DNA of 64,000 nucleotides from Arcobacteraceae bacterium (GTDB taxonomy: Bacteria > Campylobacterota > Campylobacteria > Campylobacterales > Arcobacteraceae): the NCBI GenBank assembly GCA_963662945.1, contig OY759974.1:2016001-2080000 (forward strand), in the 5' to 3' direction. Each line of letters opens with the position of its first letter. The stretch's first letter is position 1. The notes beneath the pieces are model-generated. The model was not told the origin of the DNA. It did not search any database and worked only from the letters and a program-made list of their open reading frames with translations. Shown one piece after another: positions 10,215 through 20,381 of this stretch. The translations under genes were made by a program, and so were the position numbers.

Positions 10215-11279
10215 ATGGGATTATTAAATATTGTAAAAAGTGGTGTTATTACAGGTAATGATGTAAAAAAAGTTTTTGATTATGCAAAAGAGAATAATTT
10301 TGCAATACCTGCTATTAATGTAATAGGAAGTGAATCAATCAATGCAGTTCTTGAAGCGGCAAGTATCGTAAAAGCACCTGTAATTATCCAGTTTAGCAAT
10401 GGTGGTGCTAAATTTAACAGTGGAAATATACAAAGTAGTCAAGCAGATGTTATAGGTGCAATTGCTGGTGCAAAACATATTCATCAAGTGGCACAGTATT
10501 ACAATGTACCAGTTATAATTCATACAGATCATGCTTCAAAGAAACTTTTACCTTGGATAAATGCACTTATTCATGAGAGTCAAAAATATTTTGAAGCTAC
10601 AGGAAAAACACTTTTTTCTTCTCATATGTTAGATTTAAGTGAAGAGAGTTTGGAAGAGAATATTGAAATATCTTCTCAATATTTACAAAAAATGTCAAAA
10701 CTTGGTATGACTTTAGAGATAGAGTTAGGAATTACAGGTGGTGAAGAAGATGGAGTTGATAACAGCGAAGCAGATAGTAATGCTTTATATACTCAACCAA
10801 GTGAAATATGTTATGCCTATGAAAAACTATCAAAAATATCTCCAAACTTTACCATAGCAGCAAGTTTTGGAAATGTGCACGGTGTATATAAACCAGGGAA
10901 TGTAAAACTTCGACCACAAATACTTGATGACAGTCAAAAATATATCAAAGATACATTAGGGATAGAGACAAAACCTGTGAACTTTGTATTTCATGGTGGA
11001 AGTGGAAGTAGCATAAGTGATATAAAAGATGCAATAAGTTTTGGTGTAGTGAAAATGAATCTTGATACCGATATGCAATGGGCATTTTGGGATGGAGTGC
11101 GTGCTTATGAAAAAGAACATCATGCGTATCTACAAGGACAAATAGGAAATCCAAGTGGGGAAGATGCACCAAATAAAAAGTATTATGATCCACGAAAATG
11201 GTTAAGAGCAGGGCAGGAAAGTATGGTAAAAAGAGCTATAGAAGCTTTTGAAAATTTAAATTGTACAAATAGATTATAA
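10215..11279 (+). CDS. fbaA: Class II fructose-bisphosphate aldolase (module copy)
   Basis: HTDH, SHMLDLS, GGEEDG, FGNVHG, VFHGGSG, YYDPR. Confidence 0.96.
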   Translation: MGLLNIVKSGVITGNDVKKVFDYAKENNFAIPAINVIGSESINAVLEAASIVKAPVIIQFSNGGAKFNSGNIQSSQADVIGAIAGAKHIHQVAQYYNVPVIIHTDHASKKLLPWINALIHESQKYFEATGKTLFSSHMLDLSEESLEENIEISSQYLQKMSKLGMTLEIELGITGGEEDGVDNSEADSNALYTQPSEICYAYEKLSKISPNFTIAASFGNVHGVYKPGNVKLRPQILDDSQKYIKDTLGIETKPVNFVFHGGSGSSISDIKDAISFGVVKMNLDTDMQWAFWDGVRAYEKEHHAYLQGQIGNPSGEDAPNKKYYDPRKWLRAGQESMVKRAIEAFENLNCTNRL

Positions 11280-11289
11280 GGAGTTTACA

Positions 11290-12567
11290 ATGAGTGGAAT
11301 AATTACAGATATAAATGCATTAGAGATATTAGATAGTAGAGGCAATCCAACAGTAAGAGTTTATGTAGAGTTAGAATGTGGTATTGTAGCATCTGCTTCA
11401 GTTCCAAGTGGTGCAAGTACAGGTGCCAACGAAGCTTTGGAATTAAGAGATGGTGATATGAAAAGATATGGTGGAAAAGGTGTGTTAAAAGCTGTTTCAA
11501 ATGTACAATCTATTATAGCACCAGAACTTATAGGTATGAATGTATTGGAACAAAGTGAGATAGATTTTGCAATGATTGCACTTGATGGTACACCGAATAA
11601 ATCAAAACTTGGAGCAAATGCTATCTTAGGTGTTTCTATGGCTGTTGCAAAAGCTGGTGCTATGTATAGTGATATGCCTTTATACAGATATCTAGGTGGA
11701 AGTAATGTAAGACGAATACCAGTACCATGTATGAATATTTTAAATGGTGGAAGTCATGCAGATAATAGTGTTGATATTCAAGAATTTATGGTTGTCCCAC
11801 ATGGAGCTCCTTCTTTTAGTGAAGGGTTACGATATGCTACTGAAACATTTCATGAGTTAAAAAAACTTTTAAGTGCTAAAGGAAAAGCTACAAGTGTTGG
11901 AGATGAGGGTGGCTTTGCACCAAATCTTGATAGCAATGAAGAAGCTATGGAACTTATAGTAGAAGCTATAAAAAATGCTGGATATAAACCTGGAAGTGAT
12001 ATAAGTTTAGCACTTGATAGTGCAGCTAGTGAATTTTTAGCTGCAAATAGTTCAAATATCTATGATTTAAAATGGTCACATGGCGGGATAAAAACAAGTG
12101 ATGAGATGATTGAAATGGCAAAAAACTGGTGTGAAAAATATCCTATTATTTCTTGGGAAGATCCACTCGCAGAAAATGATTGGGAAGGATTTTCAAAGTT
12201 CACAAAAGAGTTTGGAGATAAAATAGAAGTTGTTGGAGATGATTTATTTGTTACAAATACAAAATATGTAGAAAGAGGTATTAGACAAAAAAGTGCAAAC
12301 TCTGTTTTGATTAAATTAAATCAAATAGGAACAGTAACAGAAACTATAGATACTATTAGAATGTGTAAAGATGTAGGTTGGAGAACATTTATCTCACATC
12401 GTTCTGGAGAAACAGGAGATACTTTTATAGCAGACTTTGCTGTAGCTTTTGATGCTGGACATATAAAAACAGGTTCTGCAAGCAGAAGTGAAAGGATAGA
12501 AAAGTATAATAGACTTTTAGAAATAGAAGCACAACTTGGAGCATCAGCTCAATACTTTTGGAAATAG
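11290..12567 (+). CDS. eno: Enolase (module copy)
   Basis: [40 protein letters not shown]. Confidence 0.96.
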   Translation: MSGIITDINALEILDSRGNPTVRVYVELECGIVASASVPSGASTGANEALELRDGDMKRYGGKGVLKAVSNVQSIIAPELIGMNVLEQSEIDFAMIALDGTPNKSKLGANAILGVSMAVAKAGAMYSDMPLYRYLGGSNVRRIPVPCMNILNGGSHADNSVDIQEFMVVPHGAPSFSEGLRYATETFHELKKLLSAKGKATSVGDEGGFAPNLDSNEEAMELIVEAIKNAGYKPGSDISLALDSAASEFLAANSSNIYDLKWSHGGIKTSDEMIEMAKNWCEKYPIISWEDPLAENDWEGFSKFTKEFGDKIEVVGDDLFVTNTKYVERGIRQKSANSVLIKLNQIGTVTETIDTIRMCKDVGWRTFISHRSGETGDTFIADFAVAFDAGHIKTGSASRSERIEKYNRLLEIEAQLGASAQYFWK

Positions 12568-12579
12568 GATATATAAAGA

Positions 12580-14001
12580 ATGAGAAAAACAAAGATTGTA
12601 GTAACACTAGGGCCAGCAACTGATAGTTTAAAAATGATAGAAAAACTTATTAAAAAAGGGGTAAATGTATTTAGATTAAACTTTTCACATGCTACTCATG
12701 AATACCATCAAGAGGTTGCAAAAAGGATACGAAAAGCATCGCAAAATGTAAATAAAGAAGTAGCAATCCTTCAAGATATTGCAGGTCCAAAGATACGAAT
12801 ATCTCATTTAAAAAAGCCAATAGAGTTAAAAATAGGGGATATACTTACTTTGACTAAAGATAAAATAGATGAAGATAAAAAAATAGTAAGTTTGAGTTAT
12901 CCAATTATTATAGATAGTCTTAAAGTTGGGGAGCCAGTTTATTTTTCAGATGGAACAATTCGAGCTAAAGTAGTAGAAAAAAATGCAGATGAGGTAAAGT
13001 GTGAAATAATAGTAGCCCAAACACTTCAATCAAAAAAAGGGATGAATCTTCCTAAGTCAAAACTGGCTATTAAGTCAATTACACAAAAAGATAAAGAGGA
13101 TTTAGCTTTTGGTGCAAAGATTGGGGTTGATATAGTTGCATTGTCTTTTGTAAGTAACAAAGAGGATATACAAGATGCAAAAGATATTTTAGAACAACAC
13201 AATTCAAATCCACTTATTTTTGCAAAAATAGAGAAAAAAGAGGCTATTGAAAATATCAAATCTATTTTAAAAGCAGCAGATGGAATTATGGTGGCACGAG
13301 GTGATTTAGGGGTAGAGTTAGGACTAAAAAAAGTTCCACTAATCCAAAAGAAAATTATAGCCCAAGCTTTAAAAATGGGAAAACCAACTATAACAGCAAC
13401 ACAAATGTTAACTTCAATGATAAATTCACACTATCCTACACGTGCAGAGATATCTGATGTGGCAAATGCAGTTTTAGATGGAAGTGATGCTGTTATGTTA
13501 AGTGATGAAACAACTATAGGAAAGTATCCTTTAAGTGCCGTAGAAGTTTTAAATGAAACTATAATTGAAACAGAAAAAGCATATCCATATTATCAAGATA
13601 CAGACCATGTTTCATCAGATGATTCAATTGCAGCAGCAGTTACAACACTAGCAAAAAATATCAAACCTGATGCACTTATAGCTTTTACGCGAGCTGGAAG
13701 AAGTGCTATGTCTATGGCAAAATTTAGACCAAGAGCAAAAATTCTTGTAAGTAGTTATGACTTAAGAACTTTACGAAAATTGCAACTTGTATGGGGAATA
13801 GAGGGTATTTATCTTTCTCATAAATTAAATGATGCTGATGAATTAATCAAAAGCTTTTTAACTTGGGCATTAAAGAAAAAACATATTAGTAAAAATAAAA
13901 AATATGTATTAACGATTGGTTCACCAATAAATGTGAAACACTCTACAAATGATATACGAATATTGGAAAACGAGAGTATGGAGTATATTTTAGGGAAATA
14001 A
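12580..14001 (+). CDS. pyk: Pyruvate kinase (canonical)
   Basis: RKTKIVVTLGPAT, RLNFSH, MVARGDLGVE, ATQML, PTRAE, DAVMLS; C-terminal domain present. Confidence 0.96.
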   Translation: MRKTKIVVTLGPATDSLKMIEKLIKKGVNVFRLNFSHATHEYHQEVAKRIRKASQNVNKEVAILQDIAGPKIRISHLKKPIELKIGDILTLTKDKIDEDKKIVSLSYPIIIDSLKVGEPVYFSDGTIRAKVVEKNADEVKCEIIVAQTLQSKKGMNLPKSKLAIKSITQKDKEDLAFGAKIGVDIVALSFVSNKEDIQDAKDILEQHNSNPLIFAKIEKKEAIENIKSILKAADGIMVARGDLGVELGLKKVPLIQKKIIAQALKMGKPTITATQMLTSMINSHYPTRAEISDVANAVLDGSDAVMLSDETTIGKYPLSAVEVLNETIIETEKAYPYYQDTDHVSSDDSIAAAVTTLAKNIKPDALIAFTRAGRSAMSMAKFRPRAKILVSSYDLRTLRKLQLVWGIEGIYLSHKLNDADELIKSFLTWALKKKHISKNKKYVLTIGSPINVKHSTNDIRILENESMEYILGK

Positions 14002-14064
14002 TTACTTGATAAGTTTTATTGCTGTATTATTGAAATTGTAATTTTGATGATAAAGGAGTAATTG

Positions 14065-14619
14065 ATGAAAAAAGTTATTTTAGGATTGTCTGTTTTAAGT
14101 GTTTTAGCATTTGCTAATCAAGATGTAAAAGAAACAGCAAAGAAAAGTATGATGATGTTAGGTTCAACTTTAAAAGGTGAGTTGCAAACAAAATTTAAGG
14201 AAGATCCATCTGGAATGGCTGCGATTGATTATTGTTCAAATCAAGCACAAACTATCACTGATGAGGTAAATGCAAAGTTAGGTGAGGGTGTAAGGGTGAG
14301 AAGAACAGCTTTAAAATATAGAAATGATGCAAATGAACCATCAATACAAGATATTGAAGTGATGCAAAAATTTCAAAAAGATATTGAAGTTGGGAAAAAG
14401 AGTCCTAAAACTATGATGAAAATAGTTGAAACAGATAAAAAAACTTATGTATATAAAGCACTTGCAGTTGAAAAACCATGTTTAAAATGTCACGGAGATG
14501 TAGCTAAAATGGATAAAAATATCTTAGGTAAGATTGATGAAAGATTTCCTTATGATAGAGCAAGAAATTTTGCTTTAGGTGATTTTAGAGGGGCAATAGT
14601 TGTTGAGATAAACAAATAA
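14065..14619 (+). CDS. Periplasmic monoheme c-type cytochrome, DUF3365/Tll0287-like
   Basis: Signal peptide, extra Cys (YCS), RRTALKYRN..NEP, CLKCH, GDFRGA; ATG at 14065 chosen because of AAGGAG RBS. Confidence 0.8.
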   Translation: MKKVILGLSVLSVLAFANQDVKETAKKSMMMLGSTLKGELQTKFKEDPSGMAAIDYCSNQAQTITDEVNAKLGEGVRVRRTALKYRNDANEPSIQDIEVMQKFQKDIEVGKKSPKTMMKIVETDKKTYVYKALAVEKPCLKCHGDVAKMDKNILGKIDERFPYDRARNFALGDFRGAIVVEINK

Positions 14620-14644
14620 ATCTACTTTTTAAAAAGTAGATTTA
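14617..14644. terminator. Perfect 28-bp palindrome spanning both stop codons of convergent genes
   Basis: TAAATCTACTTTTT/AAAAAGTAGATTTA. Confidence 0.5.
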
Positions 14645-15465
14645 ACTCTTGCTATCTCTTCTTTTGAACCAAAGTAGATTGGTGTTTTTTGATGTAATGA
14701 TGGAGATTTTATATCTAAGATTCTCTTTTTCCCATCTATAGCTTCACCGTTTGCAAGTTCAATGATAAATGAGATAGGAAATGCTTCAAAGATAACTTCT
14801 AAAGTTCCATCTATATTTGATGTAGTTGCGGGACTTGAATAAATTCCACCTTTTTTAAATAAAATCTGATGAGTATCAAGACATAGTGAGTTACTTACTC
14901 GAAGACGATAACCTTCGTTGAAAAAACTGTCTAAGAGTGCTTTATGTTCTACACTAAATTCATTTGCTTTTCCAGCTGTTGAGTTGATTTTTCCTTTTGA
15001 TTGTAATTCCAATGGATCTTGTTGGATAAATTCTCCATGTTCATTTGAGAAGTATTTTACCCCTTCATTTTTTGAAGCAAATACAAGTTGGAAAGTTGGA
15101 CCATAAGTGATATAAATAGCAGCTTTTAGTTTATCTGCTTCAAATTCATTTTCATAGATACCAAAAATACTTCCAAGAGAAAAGTTTAAATCAAGAAGTT
15201 CAATATTATCAATAGCTACACAACTTACAAGGTATTTTCCATTTTCATTGATACTACAAAATTGTTTTTTATTTTTTCCAATGATACCTTTGACACTTTT
15301 GAGGTATTCAAATTCTTTTTCTATAACTTGTAAACAATATTCTTGTATATCTTCGTGTATCTCTTTTTCTGTTTTTGTTTCGTCAGTAAAGTTACTGTAA
15401 TTTATAAAAACATTTTTCTCAATTTGATTTGCAATATTGGTTATTGCATTATAAACTTCTATCAT
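14629..15465 (-). CDS. Class 1 fructose-1,6-bisphosphatase homologue with degenerate active site
   Basis: Colinear with epsilonproteobacterial Fbp (NFSLGSIFGIY, YITYGP, KGKIN, EGYRLR, HQIL..GG, FEAFP, TPIYFGS), but SEE, DPLDGS and KLR motifs are replaced. Confidence 0.85.
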   Translation of the reverse strand: MIEVYNAITNIANQIEKNVFINYSNFTDETKTEKEIHEDIQEYCLQVIEKEFEYLKSVKGIIGKNKKQFCSINENGKYLVSCVAIDNIELLDLNFSLGSIFGIYENEFEADKLKAAIYITYGPTFQLVFASKNEGVKYFSNEHGEFIQQDPLELQSKGKINSTAGKANEFSVEHKALLDSFFNEGYRLRVSNSLCLDTHQILFKKGGIYSSPATTSNIDGTLEVIFEAFPISFIIELANGEAIDGKKRILDIKSPSLHQKTPIYFGSKEEIARVKSTF

Positions 15466-15484
15466 CTATATTTGCCTTTTTTTA

Positions 15485-15654
15485 AGCACTATACTGTGTT
15501 AAGTTTTACTTAAGATTAAAGAAAATAGCTTTAGTAGTTAAGTTCCATATCTTCATCTTTGAAGATACTTATCCTTCAAATACTGGATTTTTATCTTCAA
15601 ATCACGCGTAATTTTTTTGTTAATCTTAAGTAAAAATTAACACAGAATAGTGCT
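15485..15654. repeat. 170-bp element with 35-bp terminal inverted repeats and internal repeats
   Basis: Arms 15485-15519 and 15620-15654 match at 33/35; inner 10-bp inverted repeat 15558-15567 / 15592-15601. Confidence 0.85.
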
Positions 15655-15679
15655 ACTTTTTTATATGCCGCAATTATAA

Positions 15680-17284
15680 CTAAAAGAGGCTTGTAACAAT
15701 TTTTTGTGCATCACTTTGGATAGTTTTTAAGTGTTCCTCATTTATAAAACTCTCCGCATATATTTTATAAACATCTTCAGTCCCAGAAGGTCTTAATGCA
15801 CACCAGCCATTTTGAGTATTGATTTTAAGTCCTCCAATTTTTGCACCATTTGAAGCAGTTGTTAAAATAGAAGTTATCTTTTCTCCTGCAAGTGTATCTG
15901 CTTTTATATCTTCACTTACAAGATTTTTAAGTCTATTTTTTTGCTCACTATTTGCAGGTGCATCAATTCTAGCATAGATAGGTTTTCCATGTTTTTTTAT
16001 AAGATTTTCGTAGTAAATCCCTGGGTCACTTTTTGTTTTTGCTAGTATCTCAGCAGAGAGTAGATTTAAGATAATTCCATCTTTATCTGTAGTCCAAGGT
16101 TTTTTATCAAATCGTAAAAAACTAGCCCCAGCACTCTCTTCACCACCAAAGAAAACCTGACCATCAATAAGAGGTTTAACAAACCATTTAAACCCAACTG
16201 GCGTTTCAAAAAGTTCTTTGTTATTATCAAGGGCAACTCTATCTATCATAGAACTACTTACAAGAGTTTTTCCAATCCCCAAACCGTCAAAGTCTCTGTT
16301 TCTTGAAAGATAATCTATAGCAACACTTAAGTAGTGGTTTGGATTTAATAAACCTACACTTTTTGTCACTATACCATGTCTATCAAAATCTGTATCATTT
16401 CCAAAAGCTATATCAAACTTATCTTTATATTCTATAAGTCCTGCCATAGCATAAGGGCTTGAACAATCCATACGGATTTTCCCATCTTTATCACAGTGCA
16501 TAAATGAAAATGTAAAATCAACAGAGTCATTAAATGTAGTAATATTTAAATTATATGCTTTGGCAATTGCTTCATAATATTTTAAACCACTTCCACCCAT
16601 ACAATCAGCACCAATCTTGATATTTGATTGAGCAATAAGTTCCATATTTATAACATTTTTCAAATCTTTTACATAAGGTGTCATAAAATCATACTCTTGG
16701 ATACATTTCTGTTTAATAGCTTCATCAAAATCAAGATACACTACACCTTGTAAATCATTTAAGAGATATTCATTTGCTTTGTTTTCTATCCAAGTTGTGA
16801 TATCTACATCTGCTGGACCTCCGTCAAGTCCATTGTATTTAAAACCACCATCACAAGGTGGATTATGTGATGGAGTGATAACAATTCCATCACTACCTTT
16901 TTTATTTAAAATAGCATGAGAAATAACAGGAGTAGGGGTATACTCGAAATTTGCAGCATAACATACCTCTACATCATTTGCAGCTAATACTTGAAGTGCT
17001 GTTTTGTGTGCTGGAGTTGATAGTGCATGAGTATCCATCCCTATAAATAAAGTCCCTGTAATATTGTGTGCTTTTCTATAATCAACAACTGCTTGTGTTA
17101 CAGCTAAGATATGTGCTTCATTAAAACTATTTTTTAAGCTACTTCCTCTATGCCCTGAAGTTCCAAATGCTATTTTTTGTGTTTCATCTTCACAATTTGG
17201 AAAGTTTGTATAGTAACAACTTATCAATTCTGCAATATTTTCTAAAATCTCTTTTGGCGCAATTTTCCCAGCATTACTATTCAT
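15680..17284 (-). CDS. pgm: Phosphoglucomutase (glucose-1,6-bisphosphate-dependent)
   Basis: FGTSGHRG, ITPSHNPP, DTDFDRH, GEESAG, RPSGTE. Confidence 0.96.
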   Translation of the reverse strand: MNSNAGKIAPKEILENIAELISCYYTNFPNCEDETQKIAFGTSGHRGSSLKNSFNEAHILAVTQAVVDYRKAHNITGTLFIGMDTHALSTPAHKTALQVLAANDVEVCYAANFEYTPTPVISHAILNKKGSDGIVITPSHNPPCDGGFKYNGLDGGPADVDITTWIENKANEYLLNDLQGVVYLDFDEAIKQKCIQEYDFMTPYVKDLKNVINMELIAQSNIKIGADCMGGSGLKYYEAIAKAYNLNITTFNDSVDFTFSFMHCDKDGKIRMDCSSPYAMAGLIEYKDKFDIAFGNDTDFDRHGIVTKSVGLLNPNHYLSVAIDYLSRNRDFDGLGIGKTLVSSSMIDRVALDNNKELFETPVGFKWFVKPLIDGQVFFGGEESAGASFLRFDKKPWTTDKDGIILNLLSAEILAKTKSDPGIYYENLIKKHGKPIYARIDAPANSEQKNRLKNLVSEDIKADTLAGEKITSILTTASNGAKIGGLKINTQNGWCALRPSGTEDVYKIYAESFINEEHLKTIQSDAQKIVTSLF

Positions 17285-17300
17285 TTTGATAATCCTTTTT

Positions 17301-17690
17301 TTAATTCATTGTTTTATAAAGTGCGGAATATTTTTCTACATCTTCTCTTGAGGGTTTTCTTCTGCATGACATATAACATTGTTCACCAGCTTCATTTTTA
17401 TAAGGATATACTGTAGCAAATACCCAATAGTATCCGCCACTTTTTGTTGCATTCTTTACAAACCCATGCCATACTTTATCACTTTGAATAGTATCCCATA
17501 AATCTTTAAATGCTAGCTTAGGCATATCTTTATGCCGTACAATATTATGCGGTTTTCCTAAAAGTTCATCCAATGAATATTCAGCAATTTTGCAAAACTC
17601 ATCATTTGCAAAGATTATATTCCCTTTTGCATCTGTTTCACTCACTACAAAAGAGTTGTCATCTAAAATTGTTTCTTGATCTTGAGCCAT
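17301..17690 (-). CDS. Stand-alone Aer/CetB-like PAS domain protein
   Basis: SETDAKG, N..F, GKPHNIVRHKDMP, DLWDT, VKN..K.G.YYWV. Confidence 0.88.
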   Translation of the reverse strand: MAQDQETILDDNSFVVSETDAKGNIIFANDEFCKIAEYSLDELLGKPHNIVRHKDMPKLAFKDLWDTIQSDKVWHGFVKNATKSGGYYWVFATVYPYKNEAGEQCYMSCRRKPSREDVEKYSALYKTMN

Positions 17691-20263
17691 TATATTTCAC
17701 CTCTTTTTCTTTTCATAATTTGTGTACATTTATATTCTCTTATTTCATCTAAAATTTCAAAAACTCTATTCATATTACGTTCAACATTATTAGTTACAGA
17801 GAATACTTGCCCATTTGCATAACCACCAGCATAAAGGTCAACAGTATCTTGAACCATCATATGAACAGCTTTATGTACCTCATTTAATTCTTCCCATAAT
17901 GGAGAATTTAGAAAGTCAGGATCTTTCATATTATCAAGCCATTTTCCCATATTACAACTATGATGATCAGTTACAGAAAAACGTGTTCCATCATTACATT
18001 TTTCGAAGTTCGTATTTTTAAATTTAATATGGTCTGATTTTAAAGCATTTAAGTCAAACATCATATCTGCATCACATACTCTTCTTTTTGACTCTTCAAA
18101 GAAACTTGTTCTGTTTACTGCTGTTTGTAAAGATTGTGCTAAGCCTTCATTTTCATGTGACATTGTATTGATTTTTGAAGCAACACTTGCATTTTTTTGT
18201 GTTGTTTTGTCTAATTCATTGACTGTATCACTAATTTGACTCATAGCATTTTGTTGTTCTTGTGCTGCTTTTGCAACATCTTCAATGAGAGTTATGGTTG
18301 CTGTGATATTTTGATTAAGATTATTATATCCTTCTATCATCTCTTGAGAAATTTTTTGCCCACTTTGTGCTTTTGTAGTTGCATTTTGAACTAATGTTTT
18401 AATCTCATTTGCTGCATCAGCACTTCTTGAAGCTAAGTTTCTAACCTCTTGAGCAACAACTGCAAATCCTTTTCCAGCTTCTCCTGCTGTTGCAGCTTCA
18501 ACTGCTGCATTAAGACTTAAAATATTTGTTTGGAATGCTATTTGGTCTATTACTGTAATAGCATCATTGATTGCATTTACTTCTTGTGTAATATCACTCA
18601 TTGCATCAGAAGTTCTATTTGCTAAAGTTTCTCCCACTTTAGAAGAATTTGTCACTTCTTGTGCAAGTTCAGCCATTTTTGTAGCATTTTGGCTACTTTG
18701 TTTAATGGTACTTAAGATTTCTTCAATTGCAGCTGCAGTTTGTTCTAAGGCAGCAGCTTGTGCATTTGATGAATTACTTAATTCACTTGAAGCATCATTT
18801 AAATCTTTAGAAGCAAATAATAATCTTTTTGTAGTATTATCAATCATAGCCAAAACACCAGACATTGTAACACCAGTATTTTTTGCACCACTCATAATTG
18901 AAGCTATTTCTCCTGTAATACCCTCAAGTTTTGGTACAGCATAATCAAATTTTGCATTACTGTATTCAACTAAAACTTTTGATAAGCTATCAAGGTTTTT
19001 ATGGGTTCCTTTTACTAAACTATTAACAGAAACAGCTAATTCTTGTACCCTTTTTGAAGCAGCTTGAGATTTAATACTTGTATTCAAAAGACCTCTATTT
19101 GCTCTTACAATAACAGATTTAGCTTCATCAATAACAACTTGATCTTGTTCTCTATCTCTTGCCAAAGCATCTAAATAACTATTAAATTCAATTACTACAT
19201 CTCCAATTTCATCATTATGCAGTATCTCTATTCTATCAGAAGATTGATCATTTTTGACGTTGAGTATAGAATTTTGTAAATCTTTAATTGGTTGGATAAC
19301 TGTACTTCTAAGATTGATAAGAGTTGCTACTAAACTAGCTAATATTGCCAATGCAACAATAAGTAAAGCTATATAGACTAGATGAGTTGTTTTATCAATT
19401 GCCAAGTTTACAGTACTTAACTGTTCTGCAACTAGGTAAATACCTAATTTTTCTCCTTTAAAATCTTCAACATATTTAAAAGTATAAAAATACTTTTCAC
19501 TTAAGAGATAACCATTTGTAAAGAGATTTTTTAAATTAATTTTTTTGCTATCTTCAAAAAAATCTTTATTAAAAAATTTTTGAGATATTATATATTTTTT
19601 TTGAAATATCATTTCTGGATTTGGTTGGGCTATTTGTTTATTTATATCCATTAATAGCAAAAATCCTTGATTTTGATTATTAAAACTTTTTGCTACAGAG
19701 TTTAAGCCTTGTATAAATTCTAAAGAACCTAGATGTTCTCCTTTATTTGTAATTGGCACAACAGAACGTAAACTAAGACCAGCTTTCCCAATTTCTAAAC
19801 TATTAATAGGTTTATGTTCGGTATTTACAGTTACTACGCTTTTTCTAAAGGAACTTAAATCGTCTCCATATTTTTCAATTTTCCAATTTCTTAAATAGGA
19901 TTTATTATCTTTTGTATGAATATGTATTTTTATATTTTTAAATTTAGTGCCATTTTTCATTGTTTTGTTGATAGTATCTAAACTTTCAATTGCTAATTCT
20001 CTATTATTTTGCATTAATGATTGTTTTATTTGTTCATCATTCGCTATTGAAAAAGCATTGCTAATACCAATATCTTTTTTAGCTTCCATTTTTTCATCGA
20101 TGGATTGTTCTAGTTTAATTTTTGTTTTAGTATAAACTTCATCAATCATTGTGGATTTATACATTGTTAAGACTACATAAGCTACTATAATTGTTACTAT
20201 AGATACTATAAATGAGATACTGCTAAATTTTCTTGATATGGTTAATCTTTTTTTGACATTCAT
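17690..20263 (-). CDS. Methyl-accepting chemotaxis protein with periplasmic Cache-like sensor, HAMP and C-terminal CZB zinc-binding domain
   Basis: Two TM helices; [57 protein letters not shown]. Confidence 0.92.
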   Translation of the reverse strand: MNVKKRLTISRKFSSISFIVSIVTIIVAYVVLTMYKSTMIDEVYTKTKIKLEQSIDEKMEAKKDIGISNAFSIANDEQIKQSLMQNNRELAIESLDTINKTMKNGTKFKNIKIHIHTKDNKSYLRNWKIEKYGDDLSSFRKSVVTVNTEHKPINSLEIGKAGLSLRSVVPITNKGEHLGSLEFIQGLNSVAKSFNNQNQGFLLLMDINKQIAQPNPEMIFQKKYIISQKFFNKDFFEDSKKINLKNLFTNGYLLSEKYFYTFKYVEDFKGEKLGIYLVAEQLSTVNLAIDKTTHLVYIALLIVALAILASLVATLINLRSTVIQPIKDLQNSILNVKNDQSSDRIEILHNDEIGDVVIEFNSYLDALARDREQDQVVIDEAKSVIVRANRGLLNTSIKSQAASKRVQELAVSVNSLVKGTHKNLDSLSKVLVEYSNAKFDYAVPKLEGITGEIASIMSGAKNTGVTMSGVLAMIDNTTKRLLFASKDLNDASSELSNSSNAQAAALEQTAAAIEEILSTIKQSSQNATKMAELAQEVTNSSKVGETLANRTSDAMSDITQEVNAINDAITVIDQIAFQTNILSLNAAVEAATAGEAGKGFAVVAQEVRNLASRSADAANEIKTLVQNATTKAQSGQKISQEMIEGYNNLNQNITATITLIEDVAKAAQEQQNAMSQISDTVNELDKTTQKNASVASKINTMSHENEGLAQSLQTAVNRTSFFEESKRRVCDADMMFDLNALKSDHIKFKNTNFEKCNDGTRFSVTDHHSCNMGKWLDNMKDPDFLNSPLWEELNEVHKAVHMMVQDTVDLYAGGYANGQVFSVTNNVERNMNRVFEILDEIREYKCTQIMKRKRGEI

Positions 20264-20312
20264 TATTCAACCTTATAATTATAATTATTATTGTATCAAA
20301 ATAGTCTTGTTA

Positions 20313-20352
20313 ATAAAATAAAAAAGGTAACTTGAGTTTTCAAGTTACCTTT
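20313..20352 (-). terminator. Intrinsic terminator downstream of pstS
   Basis: AAAGGTAACTTGA-GTTT-TCAAGTTACCTTT stem with T-tract on the minus strand. Confidence 0.8.
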
Positions 20353-20381
20353 AAAAGAAATTAGGAGTTAAATTTTATAGT

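Noticed and set aside
14629-15465. Calling the fbp homologue a functional fbp or a pseudogene
   Set aside because: Catalytic motifs are missing, yet the frame is full length with an RBS and no stops; kept as a CDS of unknown function.
15485-15654. Retron msr-msd or type I toxin-antitoxin reading of the inverted-repeat element
   Set aside because: No reverse transcriptase in the window; the only internal ORF noticed (MKIWNLTTKAIFFNLK, minus strand) lacks a well-spaced RBS and a TM-length hydrophobic stretch.
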